From: an uncultured Bacteroides sp.
GTDB taxonomy: Bacteria > Bacteroidota > Bacteroidia > Bacteroidales > GCA-2748055
Direction: 5' to 3'
DNA length: 64,000 nucleotides
Assembly (NCBI GenBank): GCA_964601975.1
Contig: CAZRPW010000002.1
Span: forward strand, 2,152 to 66,151
Part shown: in pieces, positions 1 through 8,253 of the stretch
How the letters are laid out: the number at the start of each line of letters is the position of its first letter
Numbering within the stretch: position 1 is the stretch's first letter
The notes under the pieces: generated by a model
Seen by the model: the letters and a program-made list of their open reading frames with translations, nothing else
Database searches by the model: none
Told to the model about the DNA's origin: nothing
Program-made: the position numbers and the translations under genes

Positions 1-352
1 GGTATTCCAGGTGAGCAGCCGATCCTACCCTGGAGGTAAGCTGGGCGATATATACCGCACCTCCAACAGCTTCCAGCTTCTCCTGTTTCCGCAGTTCCTC
101 GGTAATTGTAAGCAGGTCGATGGGCTTCTCCTGCTGGGAAAGCAGTTGTGCCGCCGAATAGATCTGCTGATGAGCCTCTTTGTAGAAGCTGCTCGCCTCA
201 AGTATATCCAGCACCGACAGGATGGCATCCTTCTCCAGCATAATGGCTCCAAGCACAGCCTCCTCCAGGTCCAGGGCCTGGGGCGGAATTTTACCATAAT
301 CAAGGGCTATGGCCGGATTTTTTTTCGGAGTAGGTGTATATTGTTTTGCCAT
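1..352 (-). CDS. dnaB: Replicative DNA helicase DnaB, N-terminal fragment (gene continues beyond window start)
   Basis: Absent from the supplied ORF track because it runs off the edge. My minus-strand translation from the ATG at 352 gives MAKQYTPTPKKNPAIALDYGKIPPQALDLEEAVLGAIMLEKDAILSVLDILEASSFYKEAHQQIYSAAQLLSQQEKPIDLLTITEELRKQEKLEAVGGAVYIAQLTS... This fits the conserved DnaB N-terminal domain pattern (PPQ..E.E.AVLGa.l). The track ORFs at 11..379(+) and 25..303(-) are other frames of this gene. Confidence 0.8.
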   Translation of the reverse strand, partial: MAKQYTPTPKKNPAIALDYGKIPPQALDLEEAVLGAIMLEKDAILSVLDILEASSFYKEAHQQIYSAAQLLSQQEKPIDLLTITEELRKQEKLEAVGGAVYIAQLTSRVGSAAHLEY

Positions 353-486
353 TTTTTATCTGTCTTTTTGGGCTGTTAAAGGTAAGAAATCACAAACTAG
401 AGAGGGTACTTATCCAGCCCACTTATAAACACCCCTGCTCAAGTTTTAATTAACAAATGTTGAAAAATGAGCTATCTTTAAAAACC

Positions 487-1305
487 ATGATACTCAATTC
501 ACCAGCGAAGATAAATATCGGCCTGCATATCATAGCGCGCCGGCCCGACGGATTTCATGATTTACAGTCAGTTATGTACCCGGTCGGACTAAACGACATC
601 ATCGAAATAAGGGAAGCATCCCATGGATCAGATGCCCTTGATTTCAGCCAGTCAGGAATCTCCATCCCGGCCGGACCAGAGAAAAACCTCTGTGAAAAAG
701 CGCATGAATTATTTGCCAAAAAAAGGGTTATTCCTCCAGTGGAAATTCACCTTCACAAACAGATTCCGGTAGGGGCCGGACTGGGAGGTGGATCGTCTAA
801 TGCCTCACTCACCCTGCTGGGTCTTAATCAGCTTTGCACTGACCCTCTTTCCACGGAAACCCTGCATGATATGGCAGCCAGCCTGGGAAGCGACTGTCCC
901 TTCTTCCTTCATAAGCAAGCCATGATGATGGAAGGCCGGGGCGAACGCCTCTCGCCTTCATCTGTCAGCCTTGATGGCCTTTACCTGGTATTGCTGTTCC
1001 CCGATATTCACATTTCTACTCCTGAAGCCTACGCGGGTGTTTCTCCTAAAATGCCTGCCAGGCACCTGGGACAGCTCCTGGATGTGCCTGTAAATAAATG
1101 GAAGGGAAGCATCGTCAATGACTTCGAAAAAGGAATCTTTGAAAAACACCCGAAAATTGAGATGCTCAAGGAGGAACTATACCGTGCCGGAGCCCTCTAT
1201 GTTTCCCTCAGTGGCAGTGGATCATCCATCTATGGAATTTTCCCGCAGCAGCCGGTCCTAACCGATGCAGTCACTCCCTACATCATCTGGAAGGGCAAAG
1301 CCTAG
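487..1305 (+). CDS. ispE: 4-diphosphocytidyl-2-C-methyl-D-erythritol kinase (IspE)
   Basis: The N-terminus SPAKINIGLHIIARRPDGFHDLQSV and the GHMP-kinase motif PVGAGLGGGSSNAS are present. I chose the ATG at 487 (MILNSPAKINIGL); the track ORF starts at 457. Confidence 0.9.
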   Translation: MILNSPAKINIGLHIIARRPDGFHDLQSVMYPVGLNDIIEIREASHGSDALDFSQSGISIPAGPEKNLCEKAHELFAKKRVIPPVEIHLHKQIPVGAGLGGGSSNASLTLLGLNQLCTDPLSTETLHDMAASLGSDCPFFLHKQAMMMEGRGERLSPSSVSLDGLYLVLLFPDIHISTPEAYAGVSPKMPARHLGQLLDVPVNKWKGSIVNDFEKGIFEKHPKIEMLKEELYRAGALYVSLSGSGSSIYGIFPQQPVLTDAVTPYIIWKGKA

Positions 1306-1306
1306 G

Positions 1307-1657
1307 CTATTGAAATTCCAGGAGCAAGTACGCTTTAGATACGTGCTCTCCCTCCTCTACATTCACCCGTTTAATCACACCGTTCTGAGGGGCCTTGATC
1401 TCATTGCGCATTTTCATGGCTTCCAGGATCATCATCGAATCACCGACGGCTACCTCATCACCCTCGGAAACCATCACTTTCTGAATGGTTCCGGGAATCA
1501 CCGATATAACCTTACGCTGATCGGGAAGTTCCCAGGTCTTCCTATTTTTAAACTTGGAAGTAAGCCTGGTTGAATATATGGCCCCACCTATTTCCAGTTC
1601 CTCCATGGGAGGTACAGGTTTTGCTTTTTTTTGCTTAGCTTTTTCTTGTTTGCTCAT
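1307..1657 (-). CDS. Biotin carboxyl carrier protein (biotin/lipoyl attachment domain) of an acyl-CoA carboxylase/decarboxylase
   Basis: The biotinylation motif ILEAMKM lies in a C-terminal lipoyl-like domain of a 116-aa protein. The gene is directly downstream of the carboxyltransferase gene. Confidence 0.85.
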   Translation of the reverse strand: MSKQEKAKQKKAKPVPPMEELEIGGAIYSTRLTSKFKNRKTWELPDQRKVISVIPGTIQKVMVSEGDEVAVGDSMMILEAMKMRNEIKAPQNGVIKRVNVEEGEHVSKAYLLLEFQ

Positions 1658-1666
1658 AACAGCTTT

Positions 1667-3211
1667 CTAAAATGGTGGAATACCGTGTTTCTTGGCAGGC
1701 ATACCTACGCTCTTCTCTCCCGACACCTCCAGGGCATGCAAAAGAGATCTCCTGGTTTCATCGGGTTCAATAACCGAATCAATATAACCCTTGGCAGCAG
1801 CCACATAGGGATTTGCAAATTTCTCTTTATACTCCTGAACCTTCTGTGCCCTCATCTTATCGGGATCCTCCGCACTGGCTATCTCCTTACGGAAGATAAT
1901 ATTGGCAGCTCCCTCGGGACCCATTACTGCCACCTCGGCATCGGGCCAGGCAAATACAAAGTCCGCTCTCAGGTGCCTGGAATTCATGGCTATATATCCA
2001 CCTCCATAAGCTTTGCGGAGAATAACGGTTATTTTCGGAACCGTTGCTTCGCTGTAGGCATAAAGGACTTTTGCACCGTGCCTGATCACACCCGCATGCT
2101 CCTGGTCCACTCCGGGAAGATAACCGGGAAGATCCACAAAAGTTACAATGGGGATATTAAATGCATCACAATAGCGAATGAACCTGCCTGCCTTACAGGA
2201 AGAATCCACATCCAGCACTCCCGCCAGAACCAGGGGTTGATTGGCCACAAACCCCACAGTTTTACCATTCATGGTACCAAAACCAATAACCATATTTGCC
2301 GCCCAGCTCTCCTGTATCTCCAGAAAATCTGATCCGTCCGTAATGGACCTGATCACATTCCGGATATCATAGGGCTGCCTCTTATCGGAAGGAACGATTT
2401 CGGAAATATCGTATTTTTCAAGTGGTTCCCTCACCTCTTTTCTAGGGGGAACATCCGTATTGGACCAGGGAAGATAGGAAAGCAGGGCCTTGATCTGGTC
2501 GAAGCTCTCTTCCTCGGTTTCTGAAAAGAAGTGCGCATTCCCGGTAATCTCGCTATGGACCCTGGCACCGCCCAGCTCCTCCATGGAGATATCCTCACCC
2601 AGGACTGTTTTGATAACCTCCGGACCGGTAATAAACATCTTGGAAATATTGTCCACTACAAAAACAAAATCGGTAAGCGCCGGAGAATATACCGCACCTC
2701 CGGCACAGGGACCAAGGATTACCGAGATCTGCGGAATTACACCCGAGGCAAGGGTATTGCGAAAAAAGATTTCCCCGTAACCGGCCAGGGAGTTTACCCC
2801 TTCCTGTATCCGGGCTCCACCCGAGTCATTAATCCCAATCAAAGGCATTCGCATTTTCAGAGAATGGTCCATAATCTTGGTAATTTTCCTTGCGTGCATA
2901 CTCCCCAGCGATCCACCTGCCACGGTAAAGTCCTGTGCAAATATGCAGACCGGACGACCACCCACTGTGCCCGTTCCTGTAATCACACCATCCCCGTGCA
3001 GAACCTTCAGTTCCATCCCGAAATCACGGGCTTCGTGCTCAACAAAAAGATCATATTCATTGAAAGAGCCCTCATCCAGCAGCTTTAAAACCCGCTCCCT
3101 GGCTGTCATTTTACCCATAGCAACCTGCTTCTGGATAGCCTTCTCGCCTCCCCCCTGAAGAACCTCCTCGCGTCTTTTTATTAGTTCCTGAACCTTTTTT
3201 GTAGAAGCCAT
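1667..3211 (-). CDS. Acyl-CoA carboxylase carboxyltransferase subunit (propionyl-CoA carboxylase beta / methylmalonyl-CoA decarboxylase alpha family)
   Basis: 514 aa. Typical carboxyltransferase stretches are present: RERVLKLLDEGSF, FAQDFTVAGGSLG, GPCAGGAVYSPALTDF, RKAYGGGYIAM. Confidence 0.9.
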   Translation of the reverse strand: MASTKKVQELIKRREEVLQGGGEKAIQKQVAMGKMTARERVLKLLDEGSFNEYDLFVEHEARDFGMELKVLHGDGVITGTGTVGGRPVCIFAQDFTVAGGSLGSMHARKITKIMDHSLKMRMPLIGINDSGGARIQEGVNSLAGYGEIFFRNTLASGVIPQISVILGPCAGGAVYSPALTDFVFVVDNISKMFITGPEVIKTVLGEDISMEELGGARVHSEITGNAHFFSETEEESFDQIKALLSYLPWSNTDVPPRKEVREPLEKYDISEIVPSDKRQPYDIRNVIRSITDGSDFLEIQESWAANMVIGFGTMNGKTVGFVANQPLVLAGVLDVDSSCKAGRFIRYCDAFNIPIVTFVDLPGYLPGVDQEHAGVIRHGAKVLYAYSEATVPKITVILRKAYGGGYIAMNSRHLRADFVFAWPDAEVAVMGPEGAANIIFRKEIASAEDPDKMRAQKVQEYKEKFANPYVAAAKGYIDSVIEPDETRRSLLHALEVSGEKSVGMPAKKHGIPPF

Positions 3212-3284
3212 TTTTTGTGTGTTTGATTTATGGATACAATCTTACGAAAAACTTAGATGCATATAAACTGTTGTAAAATATTTG

Positions 3285-4418
3285 CTATTTGGGAGCCAGC
3301 CTGAATAAAAAGAAGGCAATCACTAAAAAACAGAGATTCGGAAGCCAAACCGCTGCCATCACCGGTAGCATCCCTCCTATTGCAAACTGTTTGGAGAATT
3401 GCTGAAACAATATGAAGGAGAAACTAATAACCACCCCCAGGGCAATCTGCAAACCGATTCCTCCTCTCATTTTCCGGGATGATACTGCGACCCCGATAAG
3501 TGTCAGAATAAACATTGAAAAGGGGAAGGCTATTCTGTTCTGCCGTTCAATCTGGTAAGCTTTTACATTGGTTTCACCCTGCATGAGCTGCTGATCAATA
3601 AACGCATCCAGCTCCTTTAGGCTCATGGTCTCCACGATACTCAGGCGTCTCTGAAAGTCGTCCGGATGAATGGCCAGGGTAGTGTCGATCATCTTCCCCT
3701 CCTCCAGGGTTTCGACCAGACCGTCAATTGTGCGTATATAGTAACGCCTGGCCTGCCACTTGTCTATGGCAGTATCCCACCTGATCTGGTCTGCAAACAT
3801 CTTTGATACCAATTCGCCATCCTCAAATTTCTCAATTGTGAAATTGTATCCCACCTTGGATACATTACTGTAATTCTGCAAGTATATGTATACGCCCGGC
3901 TCGATTTGCCTGTGAAAATCCTTGGTTTTGAATTTGACAGGCCTCTTCCGCACATAGGTCTCCTCGAAATCAAGCTTTACCTTATTGGCATCCGGAATTA
4001 CCTGGTCACTCAGGTAGAATGCCAGGGCGGCAATCAGGAAAGCTGAAAGCATATAGGGGCGCAAGAATCGCTTGAAGCTCATACCACTGTTCAGAATGGC
4101 AATAATCTCTGTATTATATGCCATCCTTGAGGTAAAATAAATAACCGCAATAAATGCAAACAGGGAAGAGAACAGCACTGCAAAATAGGGTATGAAATTG
4201 AGATAATAGTCAAATACGATCTCATGTATTCCAGCGCCGCTCTCAATAAAATCGTCAATTTTCTCCGAGAGATCGAAAATTACTGCAATAGACAGGATCA
4301 GAACAATGGACAGAAAGAAAGTCCCAAGGAACTTCCGGATCACATAGAGATCCAGGATTTTCAGCCCAAGCGCCCTTACAATCTTGTGCTTAAGGCTGGT
4401 ATCATCTTTTCTTTCCAT
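3285..4418 (-). CDS. LptF/LptG-family LPS export permease
   Basis: 377 aa. The N-terminus LKILDLYVIRKFLGTFFLSIVL is typical of the YjgP/YjgQ family. The topology is 3 TM, a periplasmic beta-jellyroll region, then 3 TM. The start overlaps the tgt stop by 43 nt. Confidence 0.8.
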   Translation of the reverse strand: MERKDDTSLKHKIVRALGLKILDLYVIRKFLGTFFLSIVLILSIAVIFDLSEKIDDFIESGAGIHEIVFDYYLNFIPYFAVLFSSLFAFIAVIYFTSRMAYNTEIIAILNSGMSFKRFLRPYMLSAFLIAALAFYLSDQVIPDANKVKLDFEETYVRKRPVKFKTKDFHRQIEPGVYIYLQNYSNVSKVGYNFTIEKFEDGELVSKMFADQIRWDTAIDKWQARRYYIRTIDGLVETLEEGKMIDTTLAIHPDDFQRRLSIVETMSLKELDAFIDQQLMQGETNVKAYQIERQNRIAFPFSMFILTLIGVAVSSRKMRGGIGLQIALGVVISFSFILFQQFSKQFAIGGMLPVMAAVWLPNLCFLVIAFFLFRLAPK

Positions 4419-5506
4419 GGGCTGAATGTGCCGTTTTTAATCTCCTCAAATGCCCTCCGGACCAGCCAGAGGTAAAATGAAAGGTTGTGTATACTTGCAA
4501 TCTGGGCGCCTAGCATCTCGCCCGAGATAATTAAATGACGCAGGTAGGCCCTTGAATATTGTCTGTCGACAAAACAATGACCATCCGGGTCCACCGGTGA
4601 ATAGTCATCCATCCACTTCCTGTTTCTCATATTAAGGATGCCCTTTGCTGTGAAAAGCATCCCGTTGCGTCCGTTTCGGGTGGGCATTACACAGTCAAAC
4701 ATATCTACTCCCCGGGCAATGCCTTCCAGGATATTAACCGGGGTCCCCACACCCATCAGATAGCGCGGACGGTCTTCGGGAAGGATGGCATTGACCTCCT
4801 CGAGCATGGCATACATATCCTCTGCCGGCTCCCCGACCGACAATCCCCCAATGGCATTGCCTTCAGCACCCTGTTCAGCAATGAAGTGGGCCGACTCCCT
4901 CCTGAGTTCAGGAAAAACGCTTCCCTGTACAATGGGGAAAAATGCCTGCTGATGACCATATAAGGGCTCCGTTTCACGGAAGCGCTTCAGTCCCCTTTCA
5001 AGCCATCGGTGCGTTAGCCCGAGCGAATCCTTCGCATATTTAAGCTCGCATGGCCAGGGTGTACACTCGTCAAAGGCCATCATGATATCAGAACCGATGA
5101 TCCGCTGCGTATCCACAACCGATTCGGGACAGAACAGGTGCTTGGACCCATCAATATGAGAGTTGAACCAAACACCCTCCTCCATGAGCTTCCTGGTAGC
5201 TGCAAGTGAAAATACCTGGTATCCCCCGCTATCGGTCAAAATGGAGCGATCCCAGTTTATAAACTTGTGCAAGCCCCCGGCATTTTTAATAATTTCCATT
5301 CCGGGCCTCAGATAGAGATGGTATGTATTTCCAAGGATAATGGGGGCGTCAACCTCCTCCGACAACTCCCGCTGATGAACACCCTTCACGCTTCCGGCCG
5401 TCCCAACAGGCATGAAAACAGGCGTTTGAATCTCCGAATGGTCTGTTTTAAGAACGCCTGCCCTGGCCTTGCTGCCCGGATCACTATGTAATAATTTGAA
5501 TTCCAT
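4376..5506 (-). CDS. tgt: tRNA-guanine transglycosylase (queuine tRNA-ribosyltransferase)
   Basis: Motifs ARAGVLKTDHSEIQTPVFMPVGT, LTDSGGYQVFSL, MAFDECTP and GLSVGEP are present. I chose the ATG at 5506 (MEFKLLH); the upstream extension to 5536 is unlikely. Confidence 0.95.
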   Translation of the reverse strand: MEFKLLHSDPGSKARAGVLKTDHSEIQTPVFMPVGTAGSVKGVHQRELSEEVDAPIILGNTYHLYLRPGMEIIKNAGGLHKFINWDRSILTDSGGYQVFSLAATRKLMEEGVWFNSHIDGSKHLFCPESVVDTQRIIGSDIMMAFDECTPWPCELKYAKDSLGLTHRWLERGLKRFRETEPLYGHQQAFFPIVQGSVFPELRRESAHFIAEQGAEGNAIGGLSVGEPAEDMYAMLEEVNAILPEDRPRYLMGVGTPVNILEGIARGVDMFDCVMPTRNGRNGMLFTAKGILNMRNRKWMDDYSPVDPDGHCFVDRQYSRAYLRHLIISGEMLGAQIASIHNLSFYLWLVRRAFEEIKNGTFSPWKEKMIPALSTRL

Positions 5507-5589
5507 AAAATCGTATAACCTGCCAAAGATAAACAATTGTTGAAAATCAACTTTTTCTTTTAGAAGGCTTGCACTTACATTTGCATTGC

Positions 5590-6732
5590 ATGGATCTGAA
5601 ACTATTAATTGAAAGCACCGGGGTACCTGAATGGATCCTGCTTGCGCTGTTTTTAATCACCCTGGTGATACAGTGTGTATATTACCTCGGTATATACATC
5701 AGGCTGGCGTTGTTCAAACCAGGCGAAAGCAAGCTAAGCAGCAAGGGAGTATCAGTGATTATATGCGCCCGGAACGAAGCCGAAAACCTAAAAAAATTCC
5801 TGCCCCTGATCCTGGCCCAGGATTATCCCGAATTTGAGGTGGTGGTTGTAAATGATTGCTCCACCGACCAAAGTGAAGCTTTGCTATCGGAAATGAAAGT
5901 TCAGCATCAGAATCTCCGCTTCACCAACATCCCTGTAAATGAAAAATTCACCCACGGGAAAAAACTGGCCCTCACCATTGGCTTAAAAGCAGCCAAATAT
6001 GAGCATGTAGTGCTTACCGACGCCGATTGTTACCCTGCAGGAAAAATGTGGCTTCAGTCCATGGCCGGAAAACTTGAAGGAGAAAAAGATATTGTTCTGG
6101 GCTATGGAAGATACGAAAGACAAAAAGGCATGCTGAACAGCATTATCCGCTATGAAACGGCTTTCACAGCTTTGCAGTACTTTTCTTTTGCCCTGAAAGG
6201 GAAACCTTATATGGGAGTGGGAAGAAACCTTGCCTATCGGAAAGCGCTGTTTTTTCAAAATAAAGGTTTTTCGAGCCACTACCACATTGCTTCGGGCGAC
6301 GATGATCTTTTTGTGAACCAGAATGCTGTAAAAAGCAATACCTCTATCGTTTTCGGTGCAGAGGGCCATACGATTTCCCTTCCAAAAAAGAAGACGGGAG
6401 CATGGATCCGGCAGAAACGGCGACACCTCGCTGCCGGAACACTTTACAGTAAAGGTTCCCGGTTCAGACTGGGAACAGAACTTATAAGCAGGATTCTCTT
6501 TTATTCCTCATTTATTTTACTGGCAGCACTGAGTTCCTGGCTATGGCCTGCAGTAATACTGTTCGTGGTATTTCAGATCATCAGGCTGATCATTTTCAAA
6601 CTGGGGATGATGCGTTTGACTGAAAAATATTTATTACTACCTTCGCTCATTCTTGACCCCTTGTTACCGCTTATTTTGGGAATCATTTGGGTCACTAATT
6701 TTTTTATAACTAAAAAACAACCATGGAGTTAA
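5590..6732 (+). CDS. Family 2 glycosyltransferase with N- and C-terminal TM segments
   Basis: The GT-A signature is VSVIICARNEAENL...VVVVNDCSTDQS plus the DxD-like LTDADCYP. Hydrophobic helices lie at both ends. I chose the ATG at 5590. Confidence 0.8.
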   Translation: MDLKLLIESTGVPEWILLALFLITLVIQCVYYLGIYIRLALFKPGESKLSSKGVSVIICARNEAENLKKFLPLILAQDYPEFEVVVVNDCSTDQSEALLSEMKVQHQNLRFTNIPVNEKFTHGKKLALTIGLKAAKYEHVVLTDADCYPAGKMWLQSMAGKLEGEKDIVLGYGRYERQKGMLNSIIRYETAFTALQYFSFALKGKPYMGVGRNLAYRKALFFQNKGFSSHYHIASGDDDLFVNQNAVKSNTSIVFGAEGHTISLPKKKTGAWIRQKRRHLAAGTLYSKGSRFRLGTELISRILFYSSFILLAALSSWLWPAVILFVVFQIIRLIIFKLGMMRLTEKYLLLPSLILDPLLPLILGIIWVTNFFITKKQPWS

Positions 6733-7328
6733 ATTCCAATCTTTCGCTGAAAGCGCAACAAGATATGGAACTGGTGGAAAAAGCCAGAAAGGGAGATCAA
6801 CTTGCCTATGGAGAACTTCTGGGCAGGTACAGAGATGCCATATACTTCATGTTGCTTAAAATGGTAAACAGTCCGGTGGATGCAGAAGACCTGACCATCG
6901 AAGCATTCGGGAAAGCCTTTAAAAACATTGATCAGTACACCCCCAACTATGCATTCTCCACCTGGCTTTTCAAAATTGCAACCAATAACTGTATCGATTT
7001 TATCCGGAAGAAAAGAGCCAGTCATGTTTCTCTCGACCAGACCCTGAACGGAGAAGATTCTCTTGCTCCTTCATCAATGATTCAGTCCGATGCGCCGGAC
7101 CCTGAATTAACGATGATCAACCAGCAGAAAATCAAACATATGCGCAACGTGGTTTCAAAACTGAAGCCCCGCTATCGCCAACTGGTTGAACTGCGGTATT
7201 TCAAGGAGTACTCCTATGATGAGATTGCTTCAGAACTTGACATTCCCATCGGGACTGTCAAGGCTCAGCTTTTCAGAGCCCGGGAACTACTCCTGAACAT
7301 CCTCAACCGCTCAAAGGAAAAGCCATAA
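6723..7328 (+). CDS. ECF-type RNA polymerase sigma-70 factor (no adjacent anti-sigma gene)
   Basis: Region 2 reads YGELLGRYRDAIYFMLLKMV...FSTWLFKIATNNCIDFIRK. The region 4 HTH reads YSYDEIASELDIPIGTVKAQLFRAR. The start overlaps the GT2 stop by 10 nt. Confidence 0.85.
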   Translation: MELNSNLSLKAQQDMELVEKARKGDQLAYGELLGRYRDAIYFMLLKMVNSPVDAEDLTIEAFGKAFKNIDQYTPNYAFSTWLFKIATNNCIDFIRKKRASHVSLDQTLNGEDSLAPSSMIQSDAPDPELTMINQQKIKHMRNVVSKLKPRYRQLVELRYFKEYSYDEIASELDIPIGTVKAQLFRARELLLNILNRSKEKP

Positions 7329-7331
7329 TTC

Positions 7332-7949
7332 ATGGAATTGATCCGGAAATACTTTCCCCGGCTCGACGCTACCCAGGAGAGACAGTTTAGTAAACTTATC
7401 GAGGTCATCCCCACCCTGAATCAACAGGTAAATGTAATCTCCAGAAAGGATATTGAACACCTCGAAGAGCGACACATTCTTCACTCCCTTTCCATTGCCA
7501 AAAAGTTCACTTTTGAGCCCAATCAAACCGTCGTTGATGTGGGAACGGGTGGTGGCTTCCCTGGCATTCCACTTGCAATCCTGTTTCCAAAGACCCGCTT
7601 CATCCTGGTGGATTCCATCGGCAAAAAGATCAGGCTTGTTGATGAAGTATCTTATGCCCTGGAATTAAAAAACGTCAGGGCTCTTCACCAACGGGCAGAA
7701 AGCCTGGGCGGCTCTGCAAACTTTGTGGTATCAAGGGCTGTAAGTGCTTTCCCTAAGCTTCACGAGTGGACCTGGCGTTTGATCAAACCAGGCAGGGGCC
7801 AGGAGATGAATGGCCTGATCGCATTGAAAGGGGGCGATCTTGAAACGGAGTTGAGCCCATTCAGAAAAAAAGTGAAAATATTTCCCATATCGGACTGCTT
7901 CGAAGAGTCGTTTTTTTCAACAAAAGCTATTGTATATCTAAAAAAATGA
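7332..7949 (+). CDS. rsmG: 16S rRNA (guanine527-N7)-methyltransferase RsmG
   Basis: 205 aa. The SAM-binding motif VVDVGTGGGFPGIPLAI and the GidB-like N-terminus (NVISRKDIEHLEERHILHSL) are present. Confidence 0.9.
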   Translation: MELIRKYFPRLDATQERQFSKLIEVIPTLNQQVNVISRKDIEHLEERHILHSLSIAKKFTFEPNQTVVDVGTGGGFPGIPLAILFPKTRFILVDSIGKKIRLVDEVSYALELKNVRALHQRAESLGGSANFVVSRAVSAFPKLHEWTWRLIKPGRGQEMNGLIALKGGDLETELSPFRKKVKIFPISDCFEESFFSTKAIVYLKK

Positions 7950-7979
7950 CTACTTTTGCACCCTCAAAACACGATTGTT

Positions 7980-8138
7980 ATGAAGAGGACATTTCAGCCA
8001 TCAAACAGGAAAAGAAAGAATAAACACGGGTTCAGAGAGCGCATGGCAACAGCCAGCGGTCGCGGTGTTATTGCGAAGCGCAGAGCGAAAGGCCGTAAGA
8101 AACTTACAGTTTCTGATGAGCCCAGGCACAAAGCATAA
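7980..8138 (+). CDS. rpmH: 50S ribosomal protein L34
   Basis: [44 protein letters not shown] is the near-universal L34 sequence. The ATG is at 7980. Confidence 0.95.
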   Translation: MKRTFQPSNRKRKNKHGFRERMATASGRGVIAKRRAKGRKKLTVSDEPRHKA

Positions 8139-8165
8139 AGTTTTTTAGTACTGTACAAAGAATAA

Positions 8166-8197
8166 TAACTAACCGGAATCCGGTTGGTTATTTTTTT
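8166..8197 (+). terminator. Rho-independent terminator after rpmH
   Basis: TAACTAACCGG-AAT-CCGGTTGGTTA forms an 11-bp stem with one G.U pair. It is followed by TTTTTTT at 8191-8197. Confidence 0.7.
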
Positions 8198-8253
8198 GCC
8201 CTGACTTTAGATCAGTTTTTTGTAATTTGCCAACTATTTTACCAAAGGCAAGC

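Noticed and set aside
11-379. Track ORFs 11..379 (+, 122 aa) and 25..303 (-, 92 aa)
   Set aside because: Both are alternative frames over the dnaB 5' region. The third minus-strand frame, starting at 352, gives an unmistakable DnaB N-terminal sequence. These two have no recognisable features.
1631-2332. 233-aa ORF antisense to the carboxyltransferase gene
   Set aside because: It is an antisense shadow ORF inside a well-supported gene and has no motifs. The same reasoning applies to 21062..21676, 28550..29170 and 54011..54661.
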